A program made the position numbers and the translations under genes. The notes under the pieces are model-generated. The model was not told where the DNA came from. It did no database searches and worked only from the letters and a program-made list of their open reading frames with translations. A stretch of DNA of 64,000 bases, taken from assembly GCA_963830915.1 (NCBI GenBank), contig CAWHOE010000045.1, positions 14,742 to 78,741 on the forward strand, given 5' to 3'. The first letter of the stretch is position 1, and every line of letters starts with the position of its first letter. Below are positions 10,112 through 23,000 of this stretch, in pieces. This stretch comes from a candidate division FCPU426 bacterium. Lineage in GTDB: Bacteria > Oederibacteriota > Muellerivitia > Muellerivitales > Muellerivitaceae.

Positions 10112-10129
10112 TAGTGAAATAATTCACAA
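10112..10129. promoter_or_regulatory. Rex-like palindromic operator
   Basis: TAGTGAA-ATAA-TTCACAA, one mismatch to TTGTGAA-N4-TTCACAA. Confidence 0.45.
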
Positions 10130-10272
10130 TTAAGTCCTAAATATTTCTTGATAAGACTGTCAAATTCTCATAAAAAACATCAAAAAGATGACGGATTTTC
10201 GGCTATTTATTGTTTTTAACTAGCTTATAAATACATAATTCCAATATCTTATCGATAAACAAAACCCTTAAA

Positions 10273-10293
10273 AAAGGGCATAGAAATTGCATT
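10273..10293 (+). promoter_or_regulatory. Sigma54 (-24/-12) promoter
   Basis: aaagGGcatagaaattGCatt, GG-N10-GC; identical 21-mer at 16169-16189. Confidence 0.75.
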
Positions 10294-10349
10294 TTTAGGT
10301 CTTGCAAGGTGATTTTGACTCAACAAATTTCCTCAAAAAGGAATACTAG

Positions 10350-12977
10350 GTGACCAACCTAAAAACGATTTCAGTCAAAAATATCCATTTCATTTCTTTG
10401 ATAGTATTCTTGTGTTCTGTATTATTCCCCGCTATTTCACTGGCAACATCAGCTCAATTAAAAGTTGTTGGAAACCAAATTGTAACCGCAAGCGGCGGCT
10501 GTACGGTTCGCTTGAAAGGTGTTGATTTTTCAGGTTTAGAATTCGATCCCCAGGGTGATCAATGGAATGGTGGAGCGCCAACGACAACCATCAATGGGGT
10601 CACCATGACCAATTATATAGCTCTGGTCACTGAGGCGGTGGGTGTTTGGCACGCCAACTGCGTTCGACTCCCCATCAACCAGGATTTTTGGTTCGGTTGT
10701 AACGCCAACGGAAAAACCCCTAATCAAGTGGCCTACCAGGGAATGATCCAAGCTGTTGTTAACTACTGTAACACCAACAATGTGTACTTGGATTTGGATC
10801 TGCATTGGTCGGGAACATCCAATAGTTCAACTACTACATCCCCTTGCGGCGGAACGGGATGGGGAAGCGCCAATGCGCAACAAGTCATGCCAGATATGAA
10901 CGCTGTTACCTTTTGGAGCAATGTCGCAGGCACTTCCTGGCTACAAAATAATCCCGCGGTCATGTTCGATCTTTACAATGAACCACATGATGTTAGCTGG
11001 GATGTGTGGAGAACCGGTGGTTCTACAGGATCTACGCCATCCTATACTCCTGGCCTCCAGGGTCTTTTGACCGCGGTTAGAAACGCGGGCGCTAACAACA
11101 TATGCTTAGCGGGTGGTCTTCAATGGGCTTACGACCTGACCGGAGTAGCAAGCGGAAGTACCAGTTGCACGGGGGGGACAAATTGTGGATTGACAGATAC
11201 TGGTTCGGGCAACGGAGTTATCTACACAGCCCACGTTTACAGCAATAAAGGTACGGCTTCCGAAACTACGTGGGATCCATTCGTGACCATTGCTACCAGC
11301 ATTCGCGCGGTCGATGTTGAGGAATTTGGCGCTGGTTCCGGTGACCCCGCTGGTTGGGACAATACTGTCATAGGCTGGATCGATGGCGCGAATAATAAAG
11401 GCTATGTTTATAACGCCACTGGGTGGGCGTTTAGCGCGGACGTAGGTCCGACCATGCTATCAGGTTGGAGCGGTTTTCCGACCACCTCTTATCATGGCGC
11501 GCCGGTCTCGACATGGCTTTACAATTTGAACCAGACCCCCACACCCAATTGCTCGGGAGTCACCTCAACGCCAACTTTTACCTTCACCAATACTCCGACT
11601 AATACACCTGCTCCGCCCACCAATACAGCCACCATGACCGCGACATCCACTCCAACCAATACAATGACTAAAACAGCGACGAACACCGCCACTAAGACCT
11701 CGACTTTTACAGCCACCGCTACAGCTTCTTCTACTTCAACCAATACACCCATTCCGGCTACCAATACCCCTACGCCGACTTACACTTCAACTGCCACCAA
11801 TACTCTGGTTAATACATCTACCAGCACTAAAACGGCGACTAATACGGCGACTAACACATTTACCAGCACAAAAACTCCGACCTTAACTGGTACCCTTACA
11901 TCGACTATGACTTCGACCAATACCTTGGTCAATTCAGCGACCCCGACTTTTACCGTTACTTTGACATTTACGAATTCCGCCTCGCCAACCGCGACGTCCA
12001 CCTATACCATGGCCAATACAGCTACCAAGACTTTTACGTCTACAGCGACGTTTACTTTCAGCAAAACCTCGACATTTACATCCACCTTGACCGCGACATC
12101 TACCCCGACCTCGACATCCACCGACACTCCTTTGTTTTCTTACACACCCACCAATACGGCGACCATTTCGTTTACTCCCACGGAGACACTTTCGCCGACT
12201 ACAACTCCTACTCCCACGCTCACTTTCACACCCTCATTCAGTTTTACCCCGTCCCTGACAATGTCGCCTACCAATACTAGGACATCCACCTCTACATCGA
12301 CCCTTACCGATACGCCTACTTTAACCTTGTCGCCAACACTTACATTCACTTCGACCCAAACCCTTTCTCCGACCCCGACGGCTACCAATACCAATAGCAA
12401 TACCCCTTCTAATACCGCGACCGTTACGAACACCGCTACCCAAACCTTTACGTCCACCTCGACTTTGAGCCCGACCATGACGAGTACGGCCAGTAATAGC
12501 CCCACTGCCACCAATACTTACACGAGGACCAATACTTTTACGAATACGTTCACTCCGACCAAAACGAATACGCCGACCTTTAGTTTCACACCAACTTCAA
12601 CCAGTACCTGGACGGGAACTCCGACTAACACCTTTACATTCACACCGACCCTTTCAAACACGCCAACTTTTTCAGCGACACCCACAACGGTTATCCAACC
12701 AGTCGTTTTTGGCCCTTATCCCAATCCTTCAGAAGGACAACCAGTTAACATCGATATAGAAGTCCCGGGACCTTCGACTGTGAAGTGGGCGGTTTATACC
12801 TTGGCATTCCGAAAGGTTTATGGAGGGTCCTTCTCGGTCAACTCGACTATGACCTGGATGTGGGACCTGAAAGACAAGAAAGGAACCCAGGTTTCCAATG
12901 GGCTTTATTATGTAAAACTGGAAATCACTGGAGCTCAAAACCTGAACAAAACCTTGAAGCTCCTTGTCATTCGGTGA
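10350..12977 (+). CDS. Secreted GH5 endoglucanase + Thr-rich stalk + C-terminal sorting-like domain
   Basis: Signal peptide; VRLPIN, LDLHW, FDLYNEP (acid/base), HVY, VEEFG (nucleophile); TxTx region about 11560-12690; PYPNP..TLAFRK..WDLKD..NGLYY..KLLVIR. Confidence 0.9.
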   Translation: MTNLKTISVKNIHFISLIVFLCSVLFPAISLATSAQLKVVGNQIVTASGGCTVRLKGVDFSGLEFDPQGDQWNGGAPTTTINGVTMTNYIALVTEAVGVWHANCVRLPINQDFWFGCNANGKTPNQVAYQGMIQAVVNYCNTNNVYLDLDLHWSGTSNSSTTTSPCGGTGWGSANAQQVMPDMNAVTFWSNVAGTSWLQNNPAVMFDLYNEPHDVSWDVWRTGGSTGSTPSYTPGLQGLLTAVRNAGANNICLAGGLQWAYDLTGVASGSTSCTGGTNCGLTDTGSGNGVIYTAHVYSNKGTASETTWDPFVTIATSIRAVDVEEFGAGSGDPAGWDNTVIGWIDGANNKGYVYNATGWAFSADVGPTMLSGWSGFPTTSYHGAPVSTWLYNLNQTPTPNCSGVTSTPTFTFTNTPTNTPAPPTNTATMTATSTPTNTMTKTATNTATKTSTFTATATASSTSTNTPIPATNTPTPTYTSTATNTLVNTSTSTKTATNTATNTFTSTKTPTLTGTLTSTMTSTNTLVNSATPTFTVTLTFTNSASPTATSTYTMANTATKTFTSTATFTFSKTSTFTSTLTATSTPTSTSTDTPLFSYTPTNTATISFTPTETLSPTTTPTPTLTFTPSFSFTPSLTMSPTNTRTSTSTSTLTDTPTLTLSPTLTFTSTQTLSPTPTATNTNSNTPSNTATVTNTATQTFTSTSTLSPTMTSTASNSPTATNTYTRTNTFTNTFTPTKTNTPTFSFTPTSTSTWTGTPTNTFTFTPTLSNTPTFSATPTTVIQPVVFGPYPNPSEGQPVNIDIEVPGPSTVKWAVYTLAFRKVYGGSFSVNSTMTWMWDLKDKKGTQVSNGLYYVKLEITGAQNLNKTLKLLVIR

Positions 12978-13101
12978 TTTTTTAAAGAACGCTTGAATGT
13001 GTTCGTGACATTTCAGAATTTTATCTTCCAAAAGCTATGCCATACCCGCCCGTGTGACGAATCCTTGAATATTAACCCAGCGCTTTGTCGAATGAAGAGA
13101 A

Positions 13102-16023
13102 TTGAGCCTCCAAGTGAAGACCAGCGGTTTTGATGTTAAACAGACGGGCCTAAGAATCATCAACCAACTTTTGATGGTAACTCTCCTGTGGGTAGGGGCG
13201 TCCACCCTTTGGGCTGTCGGGGCCGGGGTTACCTATGTCGGCTATCCTTATTGCTCCAATCCAACAACCATTGTTCAAACCAACCAGGGTGGAACCAGCA
13301 ATTACAATAATGGTTCAGGCCCAACTAGTTATGCCCTTTCGACCAGTAGCCTCCCCAATTGCAGTTATGCCATTAATGCTTTCGCGAGCGGTAATTACGC
13401 TGCCTTGAATACACAGGATTACGAAAGTTCCGGCGGTTGTGGAGCTTGTTTACAGATGTTCAATGGGGCCTACGGGACCACGGTCATTATGGTGGACCAG
13501 TGTCCCTCCAGCAGCAACGCTCCCTGTGTGGATGGCACCCATCATGTGGATTTGGGTCCGACAGCGTTCAATCAACTGACGAATAACGGGGCCGCTAACG
13601 GCCAGCCTGTTTCGTGGATCATTATTCCTTGTCCTTTGGCGGCTATGAACGCGTTGGCATCCAACCCGCCGGTCACCGACGGGAATATCGCCTATCTCTG
13701 GAAAAATGGGACCACCCAGTATTGGGCCGAGATCGTTTTCGTGAATGAACTTATTCCCATACAGGCGGTGAGTATTGATTACGGAGGGACCTGGAGCGCT
13801 CTTCCAAGGACGACCTATAATTATTGGGGACCAGGGCCCGGTTCGGGAGGAACGATGGGGAACACGCCCATCACTTTCGCTTTGACGGATGCCAACAATC
13901 ATTCCGTGACCACTGTGGTCAATGATGGTTTCAGCCATATCGAGACGAACGCTACTTACTATACGACAGCTTCCTATGGCGATACGGGTGTTCAGTTCCC
14001 GGCCTGCAGCGGAGGGCCGACGCCCACGTTTACCGGGACAGCTACACCCACATTGACATTCACCCAAACCGCGACAAAAACCCCAATTCCTCCAACCAAT
14101 ACTTTTACCTCTACGGCTACCTCGACCGCGACCAATACCCCGACTAATACCGCCACACTCACGAAGACCGCTACGAGCACCAATTCGGCGACCAACACCG
14201 GCACGAAAAGTCCGACCCCGTCCTTCACCACCACCTCTACCATGACCTCGACCTATACCCCGGCTCCACCCACGAATACCTTCACATCGACGGCGACTTT
14301 GACAGGGACCAATACAACAACTAACACCGCGACGTTCACCAAGACGGCTACGGGCACCAACACGCCGAGCAATACCGGGACGAAGAGTCCAACTCAAACC
14401 TGTACCGCGACACCGACCATGACGGCAACCTATACCCCGGCCCCACCCACGAATACCTTCACATCGACGGCGACAATGACAGCGACCAATACAACGACAA
14501 ACACCGCGACGTTCACCAAAACGTCAACGGGTACCAATACGGCGACCAATACCAGTACAAAGAGTCCGACTGTGACATCGACCAACACCCCGGTTCCGGC
14601 CACGAACACTTCCACATCAACCGCGTCTTCCACACCGACGAATGCGATGACCGATACGACCACCAATACAGCGACAAAAACACCTACGTCGACCTATAGT
14701 TTTACGCCCTCCATGACCGCTACGAATACGCCCACCAATTCCAATACCCCGACCGTCACCGCCACTTGGACATTTACCGTCACCGTTACTGTTACCTTTA
14801 GTAAAACTCCGACCGATACATCCACTTTAACCGCGACATCGACGGACACACCTCAGTTTTCCTACACCCCCACCGATACCGCGACGATTTCTTACACACC
14901 GACTGAGACACTGTCCCCGACCAAAACACCGACTTTCACCATGACGTCCACATCGACCATGACTAACACTCCGACTTACAGCTTTACCCAGACTTTTACC
15001 TTGTCCCCCACGGCCACTGCGACGAATACAAACACACCGACCTGGACCAACACACCAACGGAAACATTCACTCCTTCCTCTACGCCAACCAATACCGACA
15101 GCTTCACCCCGACCAATACCGCAACTTTTACGGATACGACCACCCCTACCAATACACCCACCCTGTCCTTTACTCCAACATCAACTTCAACCAACACCAA
15201 TACCATGACCCCGACCAATACAGTGACACTCACCGATACCGCCACACCCACCAATACCATGACCTTATCTTTTACCCCAACCCTAACCCTGACACCGACC
15301 CTAACCTACACTGACACCGCTACTTCATCCCCGACACAAACCGCGACATTAACCTATACATCCAGCCTTACCAATACCGCGACTCCGTCATTCACGGCTA
15401 CCCAAACCCTTTCCCCGACATCAACATCCACCAGTACGAATAGTTTTACCCCAACCAATACAGCCACCCATACGGATACCTCGACGGTGACATTAACTCC
15501 GACCGCTACTTTGACTCCCACCCTAACCAGTACCTCCACCAATAGCCCGACTGTGACCAATACTTTGACTTGGAGCAACACTTTCACGAATACTTTCACA
15601 TTCACCAGAACGAGCACACCGACCTTCAGTTTTACACCCACCGCGACCAGCACTTGGACGGCAACCCCAACCGACACCTTTACATTCACGCCGACATTTA
15701 CGGCTTCACCGACCATCTCGGCTACCCCAACAGCGGTTTTACAGCCGGTCGTGTTGGGCCCCTATCCCAATCCGTCGGAAGGACAGCCTGTGGCCATTGA
15801 CGTTCAAGTTCCTGGTCCATCAACGGTCAAGTGGGGCGTTTACACGTTAGCGTTCCGCAAAATATATGGGGGATCGTTCGGTGTTAATTCATCGACAACT
15901 TGGATGTGGGATTTGAAGGACAAGAAAGGGACACAAGTCTCCAACGGTATCTACTACATAAGGTTACAAATTACAGGCTCGCAAAATGTAAATAAGACGT
16001 TGAAATTATTAGTTATCCGATAA
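13102..16023 (+). CDS. Secreted expansin (EXLX1-like DPBB + CBM63-like) + Thr-rich stalk + C-terminal sorting-like domain
   Basis: YAALN..Y, CGACL, MVDQCP, HVDL...[11 protein letters not shown]; stalk about 14020-15735; CTD ends KLLVIR. Confidence 0.85.
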   Translation: MSLQVKTSGFDVKQTGLRIINQLLMVTLLWVGASTLWAVGAGVTYVGYPYCSNPTTIVQTNQGGTSNYNNGSGPTSYALSTSSLPNCSYAINAFASGNYAALNTQDYESSGGCGACLQMFNGAYGTTVIMVDQCPSSSNAPCVDGTHHVDLGPTAFNQLTNNGAANGQPVSWIIIPCPLAAMNALASNPPVTDGNIAYLWKNGTTQYWAEIVFVNELIPIQAVSIDYGGTWSALPRTTYNYWGPGPGSGGTMGNTPITFALTDANNHSVTTVVNDGFSHIETNATYYTTASYGDTGVQFPACSGGPTPTFTGTATPTLTFTQTATKTPIPPTNTFTSTATSTATNTPTNTATLTKTATSTNSATNTGTKSPTPSFTTTSTMTSTYTPAPPTNTFTSTATLTGTNTTTNTATFTKTATGTNTPSNTGTKSPTQTCTATPTMTATYTPAPPTNTFTSTATMTATNTTTNTATFTKTSTGTNTATNTSTKSPTVTSTNTPVPATNTSTSTASSTPTNAMTDTTTNTATKTPTSTYSFTPSMTATNTPTNSNTPTVTATWTFTVTVTVTFSKTPTDTSTLTATSTDTPQFSYTPTDTATISYTPTETLSPTKTPTFTMTSTSTMTNTPTYSFTQTFTLSPTATATNTNTPTWTNTPTETFTPSSTPTNTDSFTPTNTATFTDTTTPTNTPTLSFTPTSTSTNTNTMTPTNTVTLTDTATPTNTMTLSFTPTLTLTPTLTYTDTATSSPTQTATLTYTSSLTNTATPSFTATQTLSPTSTSTSTNSFTPTNTATHTDTSTVTLTPTATLTPTLTSTSTNSPTVTNTLTWSNTFTNTFTFTRTSTPTFSFTPTATSTWTATPTDTFTFTPTFTASPTISATPTAVLQPVVLGPYPNPSEGQPVAIDVQVPGPSTVKWGVYTLAFRKIYGGSFGVNSSTTWMWDLKDKKGTQVSNGIYYIRLQITGSQNVNKTLKLLVIR
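14089..14570 (+). repeat. Intragenic 177-bp (59-aa) tandem repeat, about 3 copies
   Basis: [11 protein letters not shown] units start at 14089, 14266 and 14443. Confidence 0.85.
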
Positions 16024-16168
16024 TTTCAGGTTCATTTTTGTCAGAATATTTTAAGAATTGTCGGAAGTTTCCACATCTTAAGCGGTTTCACGAGAAAGCG
16101 GTCCACCGCAACCAACTTAAAGCTTCACATTAAAACGAATAGATTACCGGTAAACTGGAAGCGGTTGC

Positions 16169-16189
16169 AAAGGGCATAGAAATTGCATT
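16169..16189 (+). promoter_or_regulatory. Sigma54 (-24/-12) promoter with abutting LacI-like box
   Basis: aaagGGcatagaaattGCatt; TGGAAGCGGTTGCA at 16156-16169. Confidence 0.75.
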
Positions 16190-16345
16190 AAATTGAAATG
16201 AAAAGGGCTGGATTTTCTTCTTTTTTGATGTGTGGAAAGTAAGAACTGTTGATGTGTGATAAGATTTAAATGTTAGTTTTTGAAGGTTTTTGAGGCTAAA
16301 ACCGTTGTTAGGTTTAAGCAATTTGAAAGGAATGGTTGGAAATAA

Positions 16346-19300
16346 ATGAAAAATGCGACTTCCGATTTTCATAATTTCTCATTCCCCTTAAATATGTTAT
16401 TCAAACTTGAACAGCTGTTTTTGGCTTTTATTTGTTTTGGTCTACTCACTAGTACATTGCAAGCCCAAATAACCAATTATGATAATCCGAACGTTAAATA
16501 TTGTCCTGCGGATCCACCAACTTCCTTCGTTCAAAATGACGCTCCAACTGCATATAACATTTACTGTTCAAGCGGTGGAAATTCGATGGGAGCTTGTGAA
16601 ATTCAACCCGGCATGGTTACACCCGATCACTATGCGGCTATCTCCTCTAACTCTTGGCAAAATGGTGCAGCATGCGGAGCTTGCGCCGCTTTGAAAAGCG
16701 CTCAAGGTGCAACAACGATTATGATTGTTGATGAGTGTACAACCTGTGGAGATAGTCATCATCTCGACTTGGCAGTGGGAGCCTATAGCGAATTAGTGGG
16801 TAATGGAAGTACGAGTTGCGCGCAAACCCTAGCAGGTGGGTCCTGCAGTACGGGAACAGGCGGTGGTACTGGAGTCAATCTTAATTGTGCCACTCCACAA
16901 GGCCCTGTTACTTGGAATTTCATTCAATGTCCCGCAAGTTTTAGGTCCTATAATAACTCAACTGGAAATCTTACCTATGAATTCAAATCTGGTTCCACTT
17001 CGGGTGGATGGGAACCGATACAGATCATGGATTCGTTATTCCCAATTAACTATGTCGGGGTTGGAACAAGTTCGGGTGGGTCTTTTACATCATTAACGAA
17101 TACTTATGTTTCAGGCGCGGCAAATTGGTGGGGTGGATCGAATCCCAACCCGCCCCTTTATTATCGTATTGGAGATGATGAAAATAGGTATGTAACCATT
17201 GGGCCAATCAATAGTGTTTCTCCACTTCAAAATACCGTCCCTTACGGTACGACAGGTGTTCAGTTCCCGGCTTGTGGTGGATCTGGCCCGACTGACACTC
17301 CAACCAATACTTTTACGCCGAATGGTCCGACTTACACTTTTACCAACACCCCGACCAAGACGTTTTCACCCACCCCGACCTTTACGGCTGGGCCTCCTCC
17401 TGGATGCGCGTTTGTTTACTATGACGGTGAAACGGTCAATACTGATCTAGCTTCTGCAAGTACTTGGACAAGCAACGCCACAGTTTCTGAAGTGACCACC
17501 GAATCCCATTCACCTACGCATAGTTTAGATATGGTCTTTAACTGGACAGGGACCTATTACGCTGGGGTAGGTTACAACTGGACTCAGTACAGCCCCTCCT
17601 CTACGAAAATCGTAAATCTTGCTACTTATACAACTCTTGAGTTTTACGCTATGACTACGGATGCTTCCCCTGTTACGGATATGGGCTTAAGATTGGACAA
17701 TGTGGCTGGAGCGGGCACTTCCAATATTGCTTCATCAGCTGTTGTGACGGTAACTTCTTATTTGCCGGGAGGTATCACAACCAGTTGGCAAAGAATCGAT
17801 ATACCGACCTCGGCTCTCACATCGGGTGGAGCAAATTACCTTACGACTGATGTGGGCGAGATCGACTTTTTCACCGGACTCGGAGTAGCTACCGGTAATG
17901 AAACCGTTTATATAGATGATATTAGTTTCTATGGAACATGCCCGCCTACGGCAACCCCGACCCCAACAAAAACAAACACGCCAACCGGTCCAACTGCCAC
18001 GCCGACTGCCACTTTCTCTTGTTACAATTTCGATGATTTTGAGGCTGACGCCGGGGTCACGGCTGGTTGGCTGGATAAAATGGGTGGATATTGGTCCATC
18101 TATAGTTATAGCGGAGGTGTCACCACCTCCCAGACACTCATTAACCCTGGCGCGAATGGGACTAGTTACGCGTTACAAAGCGTTGGAACCAATCCAGTTA
18201 CTGGTGGAATAGGAATGCAGGGAGGAATTCTAGCTACGAGTCAAAGCTTGACTTATCTAGGTGGTCTAAGCTTTTACTTCGAGTCCTCTGCGGCTGGCGC
18301 AAGTGTTACTTTCCGAGTTGAATTGAAGAATCCGGTCATTGACGCTGGCGATGGAGACGATTATGGGTATAGTTTCAGTCCGACAACGGCCAACACCTGG
18401 CAATATATCAATATCCCTTTGGCTTCCTTGACGAGAGAGTCTTGGGGAACCATGACTGGGCCTCCGACTCTGGCCCAGGCATTGACACAGATAACGGGTA
18501 TTTCTTGGCAAACAGAATCAGCAAACACTACCGCTGTGACCTTTGCCGTGGATCAGATATGCTTGATGACCAATAATCCTCCGCCTACTAGCACGCCCAC
18601 AAAAACTAACACTCCGACCTTTACAAAAACCTATACCCCAACGGTGACCAACACTTTCACGCCGACACCCACGAATAGTCCCACTAAAACACCAACGAGC
18701 ACATTTACTTCGACCAACTCTTTCACCAATACTCCAACCACTTTGTTCACAAATACCTTTACCGCGACTCCTACATCAACCAATACGACCACTATTTTCA
18801 CCAATACATTTACGGGTACGCCGACGAATAGTTCTACCCGAACTTCAACACCAACCTCGACTTATACTTTTACCGCGACCAACACTTCAACTTATACGGA
18901 TACTCGCACACCCACTGATACCGCTACCTTGACCAATACGAAAACCAATACTTTTTCACCAACTATTACCAATACATTTACTTTAACTCCTACCGGCACA
19001 CAGAGCCCATCCAACACACCAACAATTACACCTACTTTTACATGGACGCCAACGAATACATCCACTTTTACTAACACATGGACGGCCGTTCCATTCACTA
19101 ATACGCCGACGATCGTGTTAACACCCACTTTCACCAATACATCCACGGCTGTTCCTTTTACCAACACACCGACAGTCGCGTTCACTCAGACCTTCACCAA
19201 TACATTTACAAGTACTTTCACAAGTACCTTTACTAATACGTTTACGAATACATTTACCGGGACATTAACCCCGCCTCCAACGGCTACACCGACGGGAACG

Positions 19301-19963
19301 CCAACTTACACTTATACGAACACTTCCACATTTACAAATACCAACACCAATACACCGCAATTCACATATACATATACCTTCAGCCCAACCATTACCAACA
19401 CACCTACTATTTCGAATACCCCGACCATAACCAATACTCCAACCATTACATCGACACCAACCAATAGCTTTACGCTTACCAACACATTTACCTGGACCAA
19501 TACCTTTACAAAAACAAACACACCTACCATAACCAACACCCCGACTTGGACATTGAGCCCTACGAAAACCAATACGCCAACCTTTACCTATACGCCGACC
19601 AATACATCCACTTTTACTTGGTCACCGACCATTACGAATACCCCGACCGAGACATCAACGTACACTTCAACTCCAGTTTTAAGACCGGTCTTGGGAGGCC
19701 CTTATCCGAATCCGATCACGACAGGGCCAATAAATCTTTCAGTTTTAGTCCCTGGGACGGCTAAGGTTAAATGGACAGTTTATACTTTAGCTTTTAGAAA
19801 GATATTTAGCGGGGAAGAGACCGTGACTACAGAAGGTCTGATCCAATGGAATCTCAAGGATAAGAGCGGGATCAAAGTGGCTGATGGTGTTTATTACCTT
19901 CGAGTTGAAGTGGACGGGATCCAGTCAACAGTTAAAATATTCAAGATCCTAGTTCTGCGCTGA
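16346..19963 (+). CDS. Secreted expansin + two beta-sandwich carbohydrate-binding modules (CBM11/CIA30-like) + Thr-rich stalk + C-terminal sorting-like domain
   Basis: GACE..HYAAIS..W..GAACGAC..IVDEC..C...HLDL; module 1 YYDGE..WQRIDIP..VYIDDISF; module 2 FDDFE..WQYINIPL..VDQI; CTD ends KILVLR. Confidence 0.82.
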   Translation: MKNATSDFHNFSFPLNMLFKLEQLFLAFICFGLLTSTLQAQITNYDNPNVKYCPADPPTSFVQNDAPTAYNIYCSSGGNSMGACEIQPGMVTPDHYAAISSNSWQNGAACGACAALKSAQGATTIMIVDECTTCGDSHHLDLAVGAYSELVGNGSTSCAQTLAGGSCSTGTGGGTGVNLNCATPQGPVTWNFIQCPASFRSYNNSTGNLTYEFKSGSTSGGWEPIQIMDSLFPINYVGVGTSSGGSFTSLTNTYVSGAANWWGGSNPNPPLYYRIGDDENRYVTIGPINSVSPLQNTVPYGTTGVQFPACGGSGPTDTPTNTFTPNGPTYTFTNTPTKTFSPTPTFTAGPPPGCAFVYYDGETVNTDLASASTWTSNATVSEVTTESHSPTHSLDMVFNWTGTYYAGVGYNWTQYSPSSTKIVNLATYTTLEFYAMTTDASPVTDMGLRLDNVAGAGTSNIASSAVVTVTSYLPGGITTSWQRIDIPTSALTSGGANYLTTDVGEIDFFTGLGVATGNETVYIDDISFYGTCPPTATPTPTKTNTPTGPTATPTATFSCYNFDDFEADAGVTAGWLDKMGGYWSIYSYSGGVTTSQTLINPGANGTSYALQSVGTNPVTGGIGMQGGILATSQSLTYLGGLSFYFESSAAGASVTFRVELKNPVIDAGDGDDYGYSFSPTTANTWQYINIPLASLTRESWGTMTGPPTLAQALTQITGISWQTESANTTAVTFAVDQICLMTNNPPPTSTPTKTNTPTFTKTYTPTVTNTFTPTPTNSPTKTPTSTFTSTNSFTNTPTTLFTNTFTATPTSTNTTTIFTNTFTGTPTNSSTRTSTPTSTYTFTATNTSTYTDTRTPTDTATLTNTKTNTFSPTITNTFTLTPTGTQSPSNTPTITPTFTWTPTNTSTFTNTWTAVPFTNTPTIVLTPTFTNTSTAVPFTNTPTVAFTQTFTNTFTSTFTSTFTNTFTNTFTGTLTPPPTATPTGTPTYTYTNTSTFTNTNTNTPQFTYTYTFSPTITNTPTISNTPTITNTPTITSTPTNSFTLTNTFTWTNTFTKTNTPTITNTPTWTLSPTKTNTPTFTYTPTNTSTFTWSPTITNTPTETSTYTSTPVLRPVLGGPYPNPITTGPINLSVLVPGTAKVKWTVYTLAFRKIFSGEETVTTEGLIQWNLKDKSGIKVADGVYYLRVEVDGIQSTVKIFKILVLR

Positions 19964-20012
19964 TCCTGGAAAAATGTTTTGTTGAATGTTGTGAACGCCT
20001 GAAAGTGATCTA

Positions 20013-23000
20013 ATGAAAATCCAGGGTAATAGAAAAGAAGAGAATTTCCCTTCCTGCCCCCAGATGTTTAAATTTCGCAACTTAATAAAATCGTTTTCCC
20101 TCTTAATGATCTTCCTTTTGGCTTTTTCTATTTGTACTGAGGCTCAAGCTGTGAACATCACCATACTTGGTTATGGCATTACCCCCCCCGCGCCCCAACC
20201 AGGTCAAAGTTTCCAAATGTCGGTTACATACACGAATTGTGCCTGGAGCGCGCCTTCTAGTTGGGAAGTGGCTTTCAGCAGTGATGGGACTACTGTGATT
20301 GGTTGTCCTGCGGCAGGTCAGGTATTTCTCGTGGATAACAATGGTATTGATTCTTATGATGCGGGTGTAAATGGCGGGCAAATGGGATGGACCGGACCGG
20401 TCGATGAGTTGGGAGTCGGTATAGTAGCTTCGGATTCAAATTCATTAGGTTCTCCTGCTTGTTTAGCTGTCACTTACGTCAATAACTGGAATTTAGTCCT
20501 ACCACCAACGGCTAATTACGGAAGTAGTTACAATCTAATAATTGGGGGTGGAGATTATAATGTGCAATGTGGAAGTGTGCCCCAGGACGGCAGCGAGGTA
20601 AACATACCTCTCACCATCCCTGTCCCGCCCGCGACCATCCTTGGCGTCAATAAGATCGCGGAAGGGGGAAGCGCGGCCAATGGCGACTTGGTCCTTTTTA
20701 CGGTTAATTATGATTTCGTCAATAGCCCAGCCGGAAATACGGTGACTGACATAGTTCCCGCTGGAGTGACCGTCGTTCAGATGGGGCCGGTGACTCCTGT
20801 GACTACCAGTCAAACCGGCACTACTCCTGGGTCGACCCTCACTTGGAACATTCCCGGGAGCGCGCTTGAATCCAAAGGCCAGGTTTGGTTTTTGGCTAGG
20901 GTAAATGAAACGAGTGGAACCATCAGTAACACTGCAACCCTCCATTTGGGCGGAGGCGCTTCCCAAGTTTCCAATGTGGCAAATTCAACCGTAGGTGGCG
21001 GCGGGTTTTCACTGATCAAGTCCCAATCACCGGCCAGCGGGGTGCTCACGAATGGATCGAATATTACCTACACATTGGCTTATAGCATTAATGGATTCAG
21101 TTTGCAGTGGTATGACTCTTACGATACTACCGCAACCGCTCCCAATGGGGCTGACGGTGCCGTCACTTCAGCCTTTGGATATGACGGAACGGGTTATACG
21201 GATATTCCCAGTTTGGCTCCCGGCTGTTGTGATCCAAATGGGGGAGGGTTCGTTCTTAAAACGGACGCGCAGGGGAACCGTTATCTTGTCGCGACATCCA
21301 CCTACAACACAACCGGGGGTGATTATCCGGTTTATTTAAGGAATGGTGGTGTGAGTTTTTGCGGTAATAGTACCTATGTTGTGGAAGGGGATATGCAGAT
21401 ACCAACCACTTCTCAAGGTGTTAGTTATGGTGCTGACGCCGATTTGGTGGTGGCCTATAGCGCTCAAGCCGGAACGACATACACTTTATTGGCCGGAATT
21501 TCCCTCGATAACAACCCTTACGGTTTTATCCAAATGCAAGCGAATGAATGCCCGGCTTCTTGCCCTATGGCAGGTGCGGGATTAACAGCATATGGAGGGG
21601 TCAATGGCGCCGTTACCATTGAAGCAGGCATATGGTATACGGTCAGGGCCATTGTGACGGTCACTGCCGGGGTCATCTCTTCGATCAAAGAAATAGTTTG
21701 GGAAAGGGGAAATCCAAGTCTTGTGGATACCTATACCTGGACCACCCCGCCAGCCTTCCCAAATCTTTGTACAGCGGGTGTTACTTGGCAACAAGGTTGG
21801 GAATCCACCGCGACCGCTTCGCCGGATTACTATGCCAATTTGAAATTCTCACAAGCGGATCCGGTCAATAATACCATCCTGACGGATGTGGAACCCGCTG
21901 GATTAGCTATGTCCGGACACAGTGAAGTCAATGCCGGGGGAACAGTCAATTTCTCACAAGCAGGGAGCACATTGAAGTGGACTTTCCCGGGAACAAATTA
22001 CAATCTTCAAGGAGCGGTCACCTGGTGGGCGCCTGTTGTGTGCGGAGCTGGAGGAACATTTGTTAATCAGGCGGCTATTACGGCCGATGGGGACCAGGCA
22101 GTTACTTCCAACGCGGTTACGGCTGTGTTGAGCTGTAGCACCCCGACATTTACTGATACACCCACTAACACGGCCACCAATACGGACACTTTTACAGCGA
22201 CCAATACGGCTACAACTACACCGACTCGGACCCCGACCAATACCGCTACGAATTCGGCCACCAATTCCCCGACTTTCTCCCCAACCAATACCAACACTAA
22301 GACGCCAACATTTACAGCTACTAATACGGATACTGTGACTCCAACAGTAACACCTACGAATACAGCAACTACTACTAATACCGCTACATATACCGCTACC
22401 AGTACGCCAACCTTCACCCCCACCAACACTAAAACAGTGACTCCGACCAATACAATCACCAATACCGCAACACCTACCGATACCAAAACGAATACCGATA
22501 CAACCACACCCACATCAACCCAGACGGACACGCCTACCAACACTCCTATTATCACCAATACTCCAACTAACACTCCCACCAATAGCGCTACAAGCACATT
22601 GACTAAAACGCCCACCAATACTTACACGAATACAAATACTACAACCGTGACTAATACGTTTACACCGACTCTTACCCCAACAAACACGATGACTAGTACA
22701 CCAACCAATACGGTTACTGATACTACAACCCCGCCCAATTCGCCAACCAATACGGATACGGTTACGCTCACGAACACGCCGACTAATTCCAACACGACAA
22801 CCCCGACCGTCACACCGACCGATACCATATCCCCAACCGATACAGCGACAATCACGGATACCTATACACCGACCAACTCAGCCACATCCACCAATACACC
22901 CACAACTACCGATACATATACGGATACGCCAACCAATACAAATACAGCGCTTAACACATATACGAATACCGCTACCACAACCGATACATTCACCGCCACA

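Noticed and set aside
11560..12690. InaZ-type ice nucleation protein
   Set aside because: No AGYGST 16-residue repeats; only the TxT alternation is shared
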